From: Octopus vulgaris
Taxonomy: Eukaryota
DNA length: 64,000 bases
Assembly: GCA_951406725.2 (NCBI GenBank)
Contig: OX597819.1
Span: forward strand, 41,230,001-41,294,000
Direction: 5' to 3'
The translations under genes were made by a program, and so were the position numbers. Within the stretch, counting starts at the first letter, position 1. The number at the start of each line of letters is the position of its first letter. Below are positions 50,539-63,219 of this stretch, in pieces. The notes below the pieces were generated by a model. That model ran no database searches. It saw only the letters and a list, made by a program, of their open reading frames with translations, and was not told the origin of the DNA.

Positions 50539-51844
50539 ATTTGATTGGTATTTTAGTTTGCTGACTCGGAAAGGATGAAAGATAGAAGAGAAAACTGACA
50601 AAGTGACTATAAAAATTAAAGAAAAAAAAAATGTTACCACAGTGAAATGTACCTGGGATATGAATTAAAACAAGTATCGTGAGAAACACTTATGAAAACA
50701 TTTATTCAATCTACTATTGATGAATTTCATAAATAGAGAAATATAGAACGGTGTGTACTTTTACTATATATAGGGTAGCTATGTAGTAAGAAGCTTGCTG
50801 TCTAACCACATGGTTTCAGGTTCAGTCCCACACTATGGTATCATGAGCAAGTGTCTTTTACTATAGCCCTGGGACAACCAAAGCCTTGTGATTTGATTTG
50901 GTAGACAGAAACTGAAACAAGCCTGTTGTATAAATACGTGTGCATGGGTGCTTCACTGTTACCTTGCCTTCACTTCATGTGATATAGTTGTACATGGTGT
51001 CTTTTACTTCCAATCTTCTGCAGAAACAGGTTTAGTCATTGGGGAATAAATATTACCTTGCTTTTACATGCAAGCATGGAAAAGTTGATGTCAAACAATG
51101 TTGATAATAACGAAGATATATAGGTAGGTGCAGGAGTGGCTGTGTGGTAAGAACCTTGCTTCCCAACTACATGGTTCTGGGTGTCTCCTACTACAAAATA
51201 TTTATTTAAATGACCAGGCATGGTTATGTGGTTAAGAATTTTGATTTGTAACCATGGAGCCTTAGGTTCAGTTCAAATGTGTGACAGCTTGGGCAAGTGT
51301 CTCCTACAACTACCTTGGATTGCTCAATGCTTTGTGAGTGAACTGGTAGGTATGACTATATAAACTATTACGTATATATATATGTGTGTGTGTGTGCGTG
51401 CGTATAAACAGGCTCTGAGGTTTACATTAGAACATTAACTTCTGTTTTATTCTTAACAAAGCAACATTATTTAACTTCAATGTTTTTCAAATATAAGACA
51501 CAAAAACAGAGCTGAACCCTAAAATATGGGTTTTCTTAACATACCACCTTCTTACAAAGGGCTTGTTATATAAAGTACTGCTTCTAATTATCCATGAAAT
51601 CAGAATTTTTCAATTTGTTTGAATATTTGACATTATGAGAGAAGAAATACCAATTTCTATTTTATTTACAGATAACATATGATTAGATATAAGAAAAGGG
51701 TTTCATTAAGTTTGAAATCAAATTACTTGTTATAATTTCATTTAAACCATTTGATCATATACATATATCCATACACACACATGTATGCATACATATGCAC
51801 ACACATATACATATATATCCATACATATATATATATATACATAC

Positions 51845-52355
51845 ATATCCATACATATATATACATATATACATACACATCCATACATATATATACATAT
51901 ATACATACACATCCATACATATATATATACATATATACATACACATCCATACATATATATATACATATATACATACACATCCATACATATATATATACAT
52001 ATATACATACACATCCATACATATATATATACATATATACATACACATCCATACATATATATATACATATATACATACACATCCATACATATATATATAC
52101 ATATATACATACACATCCATACATATATATATACATATATACATACACATCCATACATATATATATACATATATACATACACATCCATACATATATATAT
52201 ACATATATACATACACATCCATACATATATATATACATATATACATACACATCCATACATATATATATACATATATACATACACATCCATACATATATAT
52301 ATACATATATACATACACATCCATACATATATATATACATATATACATACACATC

Positions 52356-52370
<15 letters not shown>
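51845..52370 (+). repeat. 34-bp minisatellite derived from TA/CA microsatellite, about 15 copies
   Basis: Unit atccatacatatatatatacatatatacatacac with 34-bp period (51911, 51945, 51979...). Confidence 0.95.
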
Positions 52371-52404
<34 letters not shown>

Positions 52405-52938
52405 CTATATATATACAATATATATACACACACACATACATATCCATACTTAGACACACATATACACACAAAGAGAGGTACCCCACACACATACACATGC
52501 CATAACGTAGATTTAAAAGAAAGCAGGATTATTTTATACACATATACACACAAAGAATATTGTTCTAATAGATAAACTTTTTGCGGAAAAAAAAATTAAC
52601 ATATACTTTGCTTCTACTTAACAAAAACCTTGCATGGATGTAATTATATGAGAGAAAATTATTTTGAAATTTCTTTATTGATTCCTGGAGGTGAAGCTAA
52701 AGCTTGTGGGAACATAGCAAATGTGAAATGGATCAAAGGTAAATTTTAACCAGTAATTTCAAAAACCTTCCATAACAGGAAGACATTTCAAACACATAAT
52801 GGTAATGGTGGGGGGTTGCTGCTGAGTTATTTTGTAGAAAAAGGGATCTGTGATATCATGTCATATGGAATTTAGCTTTTCTTTTAAGGACAAATGAACT
52901 TAAGCTATTTTATCTGTCATGTACATAACAAGCTGTTT

Positions 52939-52975
<37 letters not shown>

Positions 52976-52978
<3 letters not shown>

Positions 52979-53284
52979 CTTTATAATTAGGGTTCAGCAA
53001 AGATTTGCTTTACCACATACCGAAGTTTAGAAATAGCAGCCAAAAAACCTTAGCTATTTCTTCTACTTTAAAAAGTTTTTCTGGGAGTCCCTTTTTAAAG
53101 TAGAAGAAATAGCTAAGGTTTTTTGGCTGCTATTTCTAAACTTCGGTATGTGGTAAAGCAAATCTTTGCTGAACCCTAATTATAAAGTATTACTTAAGTT
53201 TACCATGAAAAGGTCCTTTTTCAGGCCGAATTCTACTTGGTGAAATTATTGATTACTTCTTAATTAATTAATTTTACCCTTTGT

Positions 53285-53288
<4 letters not shown>
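52976..53288. mobile_element. TA-inserted fold-back element with 100-bp inverted arms
   Basis: 52976-53075 is the reverse complement of 53091-53190 (15-bp spacer). Tail to ~53288, with (TA)n on both sides. Same layout as 5238-5560. Confidence 0.75.
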
Positions 53289-53318
<30 letters not shown>

Positions 53319-56300
53319 ATAGCTAGATAGATAGATAGATAGATATAATTCGCAAGTGTGGCAGACTAGCAGTTTCAGTTACTGTGTAATTGTAAGTAAA
53401 GGTGAATGTTTATCATCAAGTCGGTCCGTCTTTTTTAACTCAGTACATCATCAATGTCATCATTATCATTACTTAATATCTGCTTTCCATGATGGCATGG
53501 GTTGGACAGTTTGACAGGAGCTGGCAAGCCAGAAGTCTATGCTGAGCTCTATTGCCTGCTTTGGTATGGTTTCTACAACTGGATGCCTTTTATGTAGCAC
53601 TAGCACATTTTATTGATATCTTTTATTTTTTTGTCTGTCTTTTTGGTCAAATGGAAAGGCGGTACCCATGACCCTTTACAGGGATTAATGTTTCTGTTGA
53701 AAGTATTCTTAAACTTAGACTTGACCTGATTGCTTGCAACAGAGTGGACTCTGTTAAAGCAGCCAAGATACCAGGTAATGGTTTTAACCCACACAATGGG
53801 TTCAGTCTACAACATAAGTAGGCCATGGCAGGATTTGAACTCAGAATGCAATGAGTCAGAACAAACACTACATAGTATCCATCTAACAGTCTTGCAGCTC
53901 AGTCAATCCACTGATCTGGATTTTTAATACATTTTGTCAACTCTGAAAGGATGAAAGGAAAAGTTGGCTTTTGACAAGAACTGAAAATAGAGCACAGTGA
54001 AATGGAACAAATACCACAAGGCATTCTATCGGCTACTCAAACTCCACCAATTTGCTACCTTTTGCAAGAGGCAAAGAAGTAGCCACTCAACTAAATTGAA
54101 ATGCTTGCAATGTTAAGAAAGTAAGTCATGCTCACAACTACAGTGAGCTTGTGAAGTGAAGAACAACAAGTATTGAAGTGGTAAAAGTGTCTTCATAACA
54201 TGATAACTACTTTGAATAAGTATCTTAGGGAGAGGAAGAAATATTTGAAACTAATAACAAAATAGTGAAAACACATTCTCCAAACAAGTAGTACTTGAAT
54301 AGCTAACAAAACGTTCTTGAAAGAAGAAGAGAAAAAAATAGAAACAGCTGAGTTAAGGTAGTGGTACATCTTTCACTTAACTCTTGATACTGACCTGTCT
54401 GAAACTATAATTGGATCTGACACAAATTCCTTGTTTTAAAATGATCTCAATTAAAACCATCCCTCAGAATTTCATGTTAATTTATATTCCAACACCAGGT
54501 TAATAATGACAAATTTATTGTAATAAATTTTTAATTATTTTCAAAATGACTTGAAACAAAGGTAGGGTATTTCAACAAATATGCTAAGAAACATGGGTCA
54601 GTTGAAGGTCATGAAATTAAGAGTACCAAAAAGCATTTGTCAGTGGATGTGAGGAGGATTGGTTTTTAACTTTATCTCAGACTCAACAAATTACAAAAAT
54701 ACATATTCCTCACTTAGATACAAAGTCAATATTTGTAAGAGAAGATGTATACCCAACCGACTCCACCCTAATGTATATACAGCTGGAAACAAAATTATTT
54801 TTTAGAAATATAAAAGAAATGAAAAATAAAAAAACCCAATCATGATTTGAATCCACAATAAAACATAATATAGGAACACCTATAGTTTATCTTCCTACTG
54901 TTTTGGAAAATCTACTGCAATATACCAAAATAAATGTTTCACCTTTTGAAATTGCAAGCACACTTTAGCAGACACAATTTCATTTAACTGTACTCCTGGA
55001 AGTCACAAAAGACGTTAGTTGCAGGGCTTTGTGTTTACAGCTGAAGATAATGATGTTTCTGCCAATTAGTGAGTAGTGAACACAAACCCAAGCTGCAACC
55101 TGCTCTTACATCTTCCAAGAGTATGTACAATCAAATGAAATCATGCCTTCCAAGGCATACTCAAGTTCAAAGAGTTAATAAACAAAACATTATTCAACAT
55201 AACCAACTTGAAGTTTTACTAATCAATATAGTAATGGATTTAGAATGGCAAATGTTCATTTTTAAAAAATTTCATTTTAGATTATATTTCAGCTCCCAAC
55301 AACTACTAACCATCTAGAAGTAAATAAATAAGAAAATCATATTCAGATATGAGTAAAATATGTTAAGTCATGTCTGAGGTGGTGATAGTCACCTGTTGCT
55401 ATAATTAGAAATTTAGGATCAAGTGATAAATTATGTACACTATCTACATTATCCAGACTGGTACCTTCACCTTGATTGTTGCTTTCACTATATTTCGGCT
55501 GTTGTACACACCTGCCTTTTTCCAGGTGTGTGGTGCTGGATCATACAACAGCCAAAAACGTACTGAAAGCCAATGAAAATAGTATCCAATACATATAACT
55601 TCCTCATCTCAGAAATATAGAATTGTAAGTGAATAAATGTAGAAAATGTAGAGTAAACGTAGTTTGCCAAACTGGATTCTACTTCTTGACCTTTGTTGTA
55701 ATGATATCTTTAATGAAATATGCTATTCTTTTATTATTGGGGAAATGCCATGATGTGTTTCACCCTTGAGTACTTATTTTATGTATTATACTTACATATA
55801 GGTCTCCTTTGTGTGTGTGTGTGTTTGTGTGAGAGCGTGTGTATGTGTGTGTGGAACCTCGGGCAAATGTCTTCTATAGCCTCGGGCTGTAGTAGAAGAC
55901 ACTAAGAATTTTTAATATATTTCCGCCATGATGTTCTCTAATGTCTAATGATAATTTTAGAGTTGGAATGGAATGATACCTCATGCCTCACGGTGAAAAG
56001 AATATCTTCCTGTGTGTACTCGTGCATGTTGTGAGTGGATTTGGTAGATGGAAACTGAAAGAAGCCTGTTGTGTGTGTGTGCATACATATATATATATTT
56101 ATGTGTTTATGTGTATTGCTTGACAACCAATGTTGGTGCATTTACATCCCCATAACTTAGCAATTCAGCAATTCAAAGAGACTAACAGAATAAGTACTAG
56201 GCTTACAAAGAATAAGTCCTGAGGTTGATTTCTTTGACTAAAAAACCCTTTAAGGCAGTGCTCCAGCATGGCCACAGTCAAATGACTGAAACAAGCGAAA

Positions 56301-57791
56301 GAATAGGAGAATACATACATATGTACCTATCATTTTAACACCTACATTTCCATGCTTGGATGGCTCAGATGGAATGAGACAGATTTTTCTATGACCAGAT
56401 GCCCTTCCTGCACCCAAACCTCACCAGTTTCCAAGTAAGCTATTTCCTCATGACCAGATATGTTTTCAGGAAAGACAGGATATGAGAGATTCTGCTTATA
56501 TGACAGTGACACTCATTTTTAACTACTTTGTAATGTCAAGACACGATGACACAAAACACAAGACCTACACAACAAGCTTCTTTCAGTTACCACATGCTAG
56601 CAAACGTTTTAAATACACAGCTGTGTCCTTGGCTATACACTGGTTACAATTAATGTTTAAAATAATCAAGAATTTGGATGGAGTTTGTAAAATAACTTCT
56701 CTGTTAAGACAGAGTTAGGAACATAACACAACAAAAAATATCCACAAAAATATGACGGAAGTTTTAATGTATAGATACGAACACTTTAGTACAAATGGAT
56801 TTGCAGCATGAAGGGTAGCCTCAGGAAGGTTGATATCAAAGATCTAAATTTATGAATTGGTTTAGATTTCTCAAGGAACATAATGTACATGGCTGGTAAG
56901 AGCTCAAATCACACTGAACAAAATTAACAACAATTCTGGAGTAACTGCTTACTTATTATATAAAAAAAACTCTGCAGTATGCACACGCACACGTGCATAC
57001 ATACCATGTGTGTGAAAGACACCTAATGTGTAAATGAGGAATTACCAAAGAAAGTTGAAGAAAATAATATGAGTGCAATAAAATTCCATAGAATTTATAA
57101 TAAAAATGAACAGACGCGATACAATAGGATGAATGGTCTTTTTTTCTTTTAAATGTTGCCAGGTTGATTGGATAATAAGCGATGCCTGCAACTAAAGATT
57201 CAGGTAATATGGTCAAAGGGAGAGAATGAATACTTGAAACTAAATGCAAAACATTGATGTTATGTAACAACGGACACATTATACAGGTGGGACATGGTAG
57301 ATACAGGTGCTTGGTGAATTTTATACAACAGAACCTATCAAAGACTAAAACTAATTCAGCCTTTTCTCTTCTCTCCTTACATCATCAAACTCCACATCTC
57401 TATTTCAACTTTATTTCTTTTGTCAATTATTTACTACCCACAACCCGAATGACCGAATGACATCAACACCACTTTCTCTCTCATTCCCACTCACAGAAAA
57501 ATGGCAAGGTCCTAAAATGTCAATTTTTCACTCTTCATGGCAATTCACCATCACCGTCATTAAACATCCACTTTTCTATGCTTGTATCAGCCAAATGGAC
57601 TTTGTAGGTGGCAGATATTCTGCAGCCAGATGCCCTTCCTCTTGCCAACTCTCACCTGTTCCCAAGTAAGGTAATATTTTTCCATAACTAGTAATGTTTC
57701 TCACAGAAAACTGTTTGATGATGATGCACATTTACAGCCATCATATGGTGCCTAAACAGGACAAGCACACAAACACATGTGTGTATATATA

Positions 57792-58074
57792 TCACGTGAT
57801 CACGTGACCGACCAGGCTATCAGATGATGCTACACATCGCTGGTCATAATGCGCTTTGCATTGTTTTAGCCTTCAAATGATGCCACCCCGCTGGCTAAGT
57901 AAGCAGGCCAACAGAAGAAAGAGAGAGAGAAAGTTGAGGCAAAAAAGTACAGCAGGGATCACTACCACCCACCTGACGGAGCCTCGTAAGCAACTCACAA
58001 CATCCGGTCAGAGAATCGAAACCGCGATCCTACGACCGTGAGTCTGCTGCCCTAACCACTGGGCCATTGCGCCT

Positions 58075-58076
<2 letters not shown>
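57792..58076 (-). mobile_element. SINE family 3
   Basis: Reverse complement of 19094-19388, with an internal deletion and a tcacgtga repeat tail; TA-flanked. Confidence 0.85.
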
Positions 58077-58115
<39 letters not shown>

Positions 58116-58510
58116 AAACAGCTATGTGCAGTGTGATACCATAAAGGAAAAATTCAATCATCATTAAGTCTGCACTCTTCCTACAGCATTGTCACACTTA
58201 GTTATGATTGTGTGTGTGTGTGTATGTATATATATATATATATATATATATAGAACACGCTTTGCTCAGTTTCCATCTACCAAATCCACTCACAAAACTT
58301 TGGCTATAAAAAAAGACACTAGCCCAAGGTGCCACGCAGTGGAACTGAACCTAAAAGTATATAATTGGGAAGCAAGCTTCTCAACCTGACAATCACATCT
58401 GCACTCATCACTTAGTAAATTCCCCCATAAGCTCAACTTCTGCCAACTAATTGTTACTGACTTCCAGTGTCCTGTAAATGGCATCCATGCTGGTGGTACA
58501 TAAAAGCATT

Positions 58511-58746
58511 AATAAGGCAGCGAGCTGGCAGAGACGTTAGCACCCCGGGCGAAACGCTTAATGGTATTTCGTCTGTCGTTACGTTGTGAGTTCAAATTCC
58601 GCCAAGGTCGACTTTGCCTTTCATCCTTTCAGGGTCGATAAATTAAGTACCAGTTATGCACTGGGGTCGATGTGATTGACTTAATCCCTTTCTCTGTCCT
58701 TGTTTGTCCCCTCTGTGTTTAGCCCCTTGTGAGCAGTAAAGAAATA
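58511..58746 (+). mobile_element. tRNA-derived SINE family 2 (Meta-domain-like), nested in a family-5 repeat
   Basis: A box agctggcaga, B box gagttcaaattcc, central gcctttcatcctttcagggtcgataaattaagtaccag. Exact 16-bp TSD ggtacataaaagcatt (58495-58510, 58747-58762). The Meta-domain assignment is from memory. Confidence 0.88.
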
Positions 58747-61635
58747 GGTACATAAAAGCATTCATTACACTCCTGGAGTAGTTGGTGTTAGAAAGGACAT
58801 CCAGCTGTAGAAACCATGCCAAATCAGACTGGGATCTGGTGCAGGTCTGCAGCTCATCAGCTCGAGTCAAACCATCTAACCCATGCCAGCATGGAGAGCA
58901 GACATTACATGATGATGACAATGACAAAACATCGATTTTCTAAAATTCCAGATTTTACCAAAAACTAAAGTTGCTAGGGGAAGGTCTCCACCTCCCACCT
59001 ACTTTTAATTGAGCAGACAGAGACAGGGAGATAACACTAAAAACAGTTGGTCATGACTTGACAGAAGTGATATGTAGGGATCAGTGGAAATTTTTAATAA
59101 CTACTAAGGTCCACTGATATAGTTATACCTTATGTATTTACCTAGATGTTCTGTGGGACATGTGGAACAGGCACACAAAACAATGGGCAGGATTTAAAGA
59201 AAGATATAGTTTTGTAAGATGTACCATGCTTTCGCTAATTGTTTCAGAGATGGTTATGTTGAAGTGAGCAGATAAATGACCCTTTCAGCACCCCAAATCC
59301 ATTCATGTGTGTGTGCGTGTGTGTCTCTGTGTCGCTTCAAACTGAGACCATGTAAGTGCAAAAGCAGTCATAGACAATATTCCCCATACCTCACCAGCTC
59401 CACTGCATGCGGATGGTTTGTAGAAGACAAAAATATTATTAGTTGAACAAAAAGTGAGGGTTAGCAAGAAGGATATCCAGCTGTATGTAGGAAACTGCCT
59501 AAATATATAATGTTCACTTACTCTTGCCAGCATGGAAAAAAAAAATGGATGTAAAGATGATAATGATGCTGATGACGATGATTATACTATTTAATAAATT
59601 GATGAATCAAAGTCAACAAATTTTGTGTACTACTTTCAGTGAAAGTAACTAGCAACCTATTCATTCTAAATTTTAATATCTATATATATATATGTATGTG
59701 TGAGCAGACTAATAGAAAACATCAGTTATTTCTAAATAAAACATCAACTTCTAAAAAAAAAAAATGGAAAAAAAAGCAGTCTTAATTAAGATGACTATAT
59801 GACTGCAATTCAAAACTAAGTGGAAGAACACACCCAATTTCTTGCTCTTTTACATCTAACTAGAATGATCCACCAGATAATATACTGAAGTGGCATGAGC
59901 TAGCAAGGGAGCCTCAATGCAGACATGCACAATGCTAGAAATACCTACCAAATCTTCCTAAAACCTGGACCCTACAATTTTTTACCTTTTTTTTTAAGGG
60001 ACAATTTGAATGATATAGTGCCAAGTACATGCACTAAGTCCAAAGTTAGAAACAAATGTTGGAATGCCTTTGATTAGTTTCATCTTAAAGAGTTTACCTG
60101 GGGTTTAGCAATAACTAAAGAAGCAAGCCACTCCTTTACAGAGTAGTCCATTCACTGCAAAATATGTTAACAAAATAATATGTAAAACATCAGTAAATCT
60201 CTCTCTCTTTCTCTGTGTCTTAAAACACCTGCATACATGCATGAAATACAGTTCTCTAAGACAGTGGGGTGCCAGTCTAGCAGATGAAGTATCAAAGATT
60301 TGTATCCCATATAACCAGCACTATACTGCGGTAGGTCCCCAGCAAAACATAGTAAAAGATTAATGACCCAGTCCATCTCAGCTGTATAATTAAGTGCACA
60401 GAAGGGGCACTGTTCCCACTTGTAAGTAGTGACAACACTGTATAATTAGTATGTGTGCTGTTTAGAGAGTAAAGGTAAAACCCAGATATATCTTGCTATG
60501 ATCACATATGTGAAATGAGACTTCAAAGTGTATCTCTATAGTGCGTCTCTAGGTGTGTTCGACTTGCTAGAAATAGTAGCTATATTTTGCTCAAATCACA
60601 TTCTATTGTCTTGGATAAAGAAAGGACGAGGAAACATTAGATGTGGTCCCACAAACCTGTAAAAAGACAGAATGGTCACAACCTCGAAGGCATAGTTGGT
60701 CATAGGTCTCCTTCATCAAAGTTGATTTAACGCTAAACAACAATTGCCTTCAGTAGTATCCCAATGGATCATGCACATTCACACATGTACACACACTTTG
60801 TCGTAGAAAGATGGGGAGTAATAATTTATGAAGGCTGATGAAATAAAAAATGATTCTCTTTCTGTAGTTCTCCCCCCTCACACACACACACAAAGTATTC
60901 CAGAGACAATACAACTTTAGCTTATCCAAATGAGATATTTAATCATTAAGAGCATGCAATGAATTGGCTGGCAGCAGCAGCAGTTGAAGAAGAAGAAGAA
61001 GAAGAAGAAGAAGAAGAAGGAGGAGGAGGAGGAGAAGATGATGGTGGTGATGATGATGATGATGCTACTACTACTGCTACTACATCCTCATCATGCATCC
61101 ACTTTCCCATGCTTGCATAGGTCAGACAGAATTTGTTGAGGCAGGATTTTCTATGGCCAGATGCGGTTCCAGTCGCCAATCCTCACCTGTTTCCACACAA
61201 GATAATATTCCCTCCCCGCCATGGACAGACAGGTTTTTCATGGAAGATTAGTCATGAACAATCTTGCACACATGACAGTGACACTTGCTAAGAACCATCG
61301 TATGATGTGATGACACAAGAACACGCGTTTTACTGTCTTCCCAATCCTCTCACAAAACACTTTAGTCAGCCCTAAAGACACATACTCAAGGTGCTGCACA
61401 GAAAGACTGATCCCCAAACCACATGAATAGGGAGCAAGCTTCTTAACCATACAGCCATACCTGGTCCTATCACACACACACACACATATACACACTAGAC
61501 ACACTCACATGTGAATATGTGTGTGTGTGCGTGAGTAGACACATTTAAACATGCACATACACACAGTGGCTTACATATATGTATACACGCATGGATATGT
61601 ACATATGTATATATACACACACACACACATTTTTT

Positions 61636-62020
61636 TTTTTACTTGTTTCAGTGATTTGACTGCGGCCATGCTGAAGCACCGCCTTTAATTGAGCAACTCG
61701 ACCCCGGGACTTATTCTTTGTAAGCCCAGTACTTGTTCTATCGGTCTCTTTTGCCGAACCGCTAAGTGACGGGGACATAAACACACCAGCATCGGTTGTC
61801 AAGCAATGCTAGGGGGGACAAATACAAACACACACACATACATATATATATATACATATATACAACGGGCTTCTTTCAGTTTCTGTCTACCAAATCCACT
61901 CACAAGGCTTTGGTCGGCCCGAGGCTATAGTAGAAGGCACTTGCCCAAGGTATCACGCAGTGGGACTGAACCCGGAACCATGTGGTTTGTAAACAATCTA
62001 CTTACCACACAGCTGCACCA
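61636..62020 (-). mobile_element. SINE family 1
   Basis: Reverse complement of family 1. Further partial copies at 1-148(-), 17185-17347(-), 19420-19578(-), 22593-22887(+), 30001-30300(-), 56030-56305(+), 63620-63770(-). Confidence 0.88.
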
Positions 62021-62216
62021 GGTCCCAGTCGGATTTGGCATAGTTTCTACAGGAGGATACCCTTCCTTTCGCTAATCACTCCAAGACTCTAATATCCTTT
62101 ACTTCTTGTTGCAATCATTGGACTGCAACCATTCTAGAGCACTGCCTTGAAGGGTTTTAGTCAAACAAATTGACCCCAGCACTTATTATTTACAGGACAT
62201 AAACCAACGCCAGTTG

Positions 62217-62251
<35 letters not shown>

Positions 62252-62397
62252 TTGAAAGGTATTGGTGTCAAGAAGACCCAAAGGTATCAGGTAATGCTGA
62301 GTAAGTCCTATGGACAGACTATAGTTAAGCCCCAGGTTCGATAAGGATAAGAATGAGGAGTCCAATGTAGGTCATGTATATATATATATATATATAT

Positions 62398-62655
62398 AAA
62401 GGTACAGGAAACACATCATATATACCATTCTGCTTAAATAATGGAACTGCTGTTTTCATTATTTCACGTCTGTTCTTATTCTTCCACTTCACTCTGTATT
62501 TCATATCTTCTCTATAACTATTACTTAAACCTTTCCTTGCACCGTCTCTGATGAAAGGATATATAAAATATCCCGGAAACAGCTGTAAGATTTTCTCTTT
62601 ATAAATATTCTGAAAACTATTCACAGCCTTGGATTTTTTTTATCTCATTCTGTTA
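62398..62655 (+). mobile_element. Hammerhead-bearing TA-inserted element, copy 2
   Basis: Bounded on both sides by (TA)n runs; homologous to 16650-16900. Confidence 0.65.
62544..62591 (+). ncRNA. Minimal type-I hammerhead ribozyme motif, same family as 16798-16845
   Basis: GTCT-CTGATGA-aaGGATAT...ATATCCcg-GAAA-CAGCTG-TA-AGAT. Core and stem III are identical to the 16.8 kb copy while the flanks have diverged. Confidence 0.72.
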
Positions 62656-63182
62656 ATATATATATATATATATATATATATTAATAAATGATGCAACTGT
62701 CCGTTATGGATAGGATTAGGTACATGCATAAAGAAGGGATGTCCCAGGCATGTTGTTTGTACCTGCTGTATCTTGGTTATGTATCTTGATGCAACACAGC
62801 TAGTTGCACAAAAATCCTACCCATGATAGACAGTTGCAGGATGAGTCGAAATGATCATTGTACTGAATAAAGACAAGAACCAAATCTATCTTCTGTTTCC
62901 TTCATCAATTATTACTATCTCAACTAACACTGTGGAATTCCCGAAGTAGATCCAGCAGAAATATACCCCAACTGTGGATGACACCAGGTAGCCCAAACTG
63001 TGAACATGCTTTACTCAACACACTAATTGACACATATCCATTAATCCCCCAAAATTACACACACACACACACATATATGTGTGTGTGTGTGTGAATGAAA
63101 ATATTCACCTAAACTTTGAGCTGTACTTGACTGACTTGGTGCCTCAACTTAAGAACCTGACTCAACTGAATCTTAATTATTT

Positions 63183-63219
<37 letters not shown>

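Noticed and set aside
51738-52575. Six overlapping 200-270 aa ORFs
   Set aside because: They are translations of a stop-free 34-bp TA/CA minisatellite (YIHT/MYVC repeats), with no protein signal.
60566-60580. GCTAGAAATAG resemblance to the Cas9 sgRNA scaffold
   Set aside because: Only a short GAAA-tetraloop hairpin matches; the flanks belong to a dispersed genomic repeat and no other scaffold or vector sequence is present.
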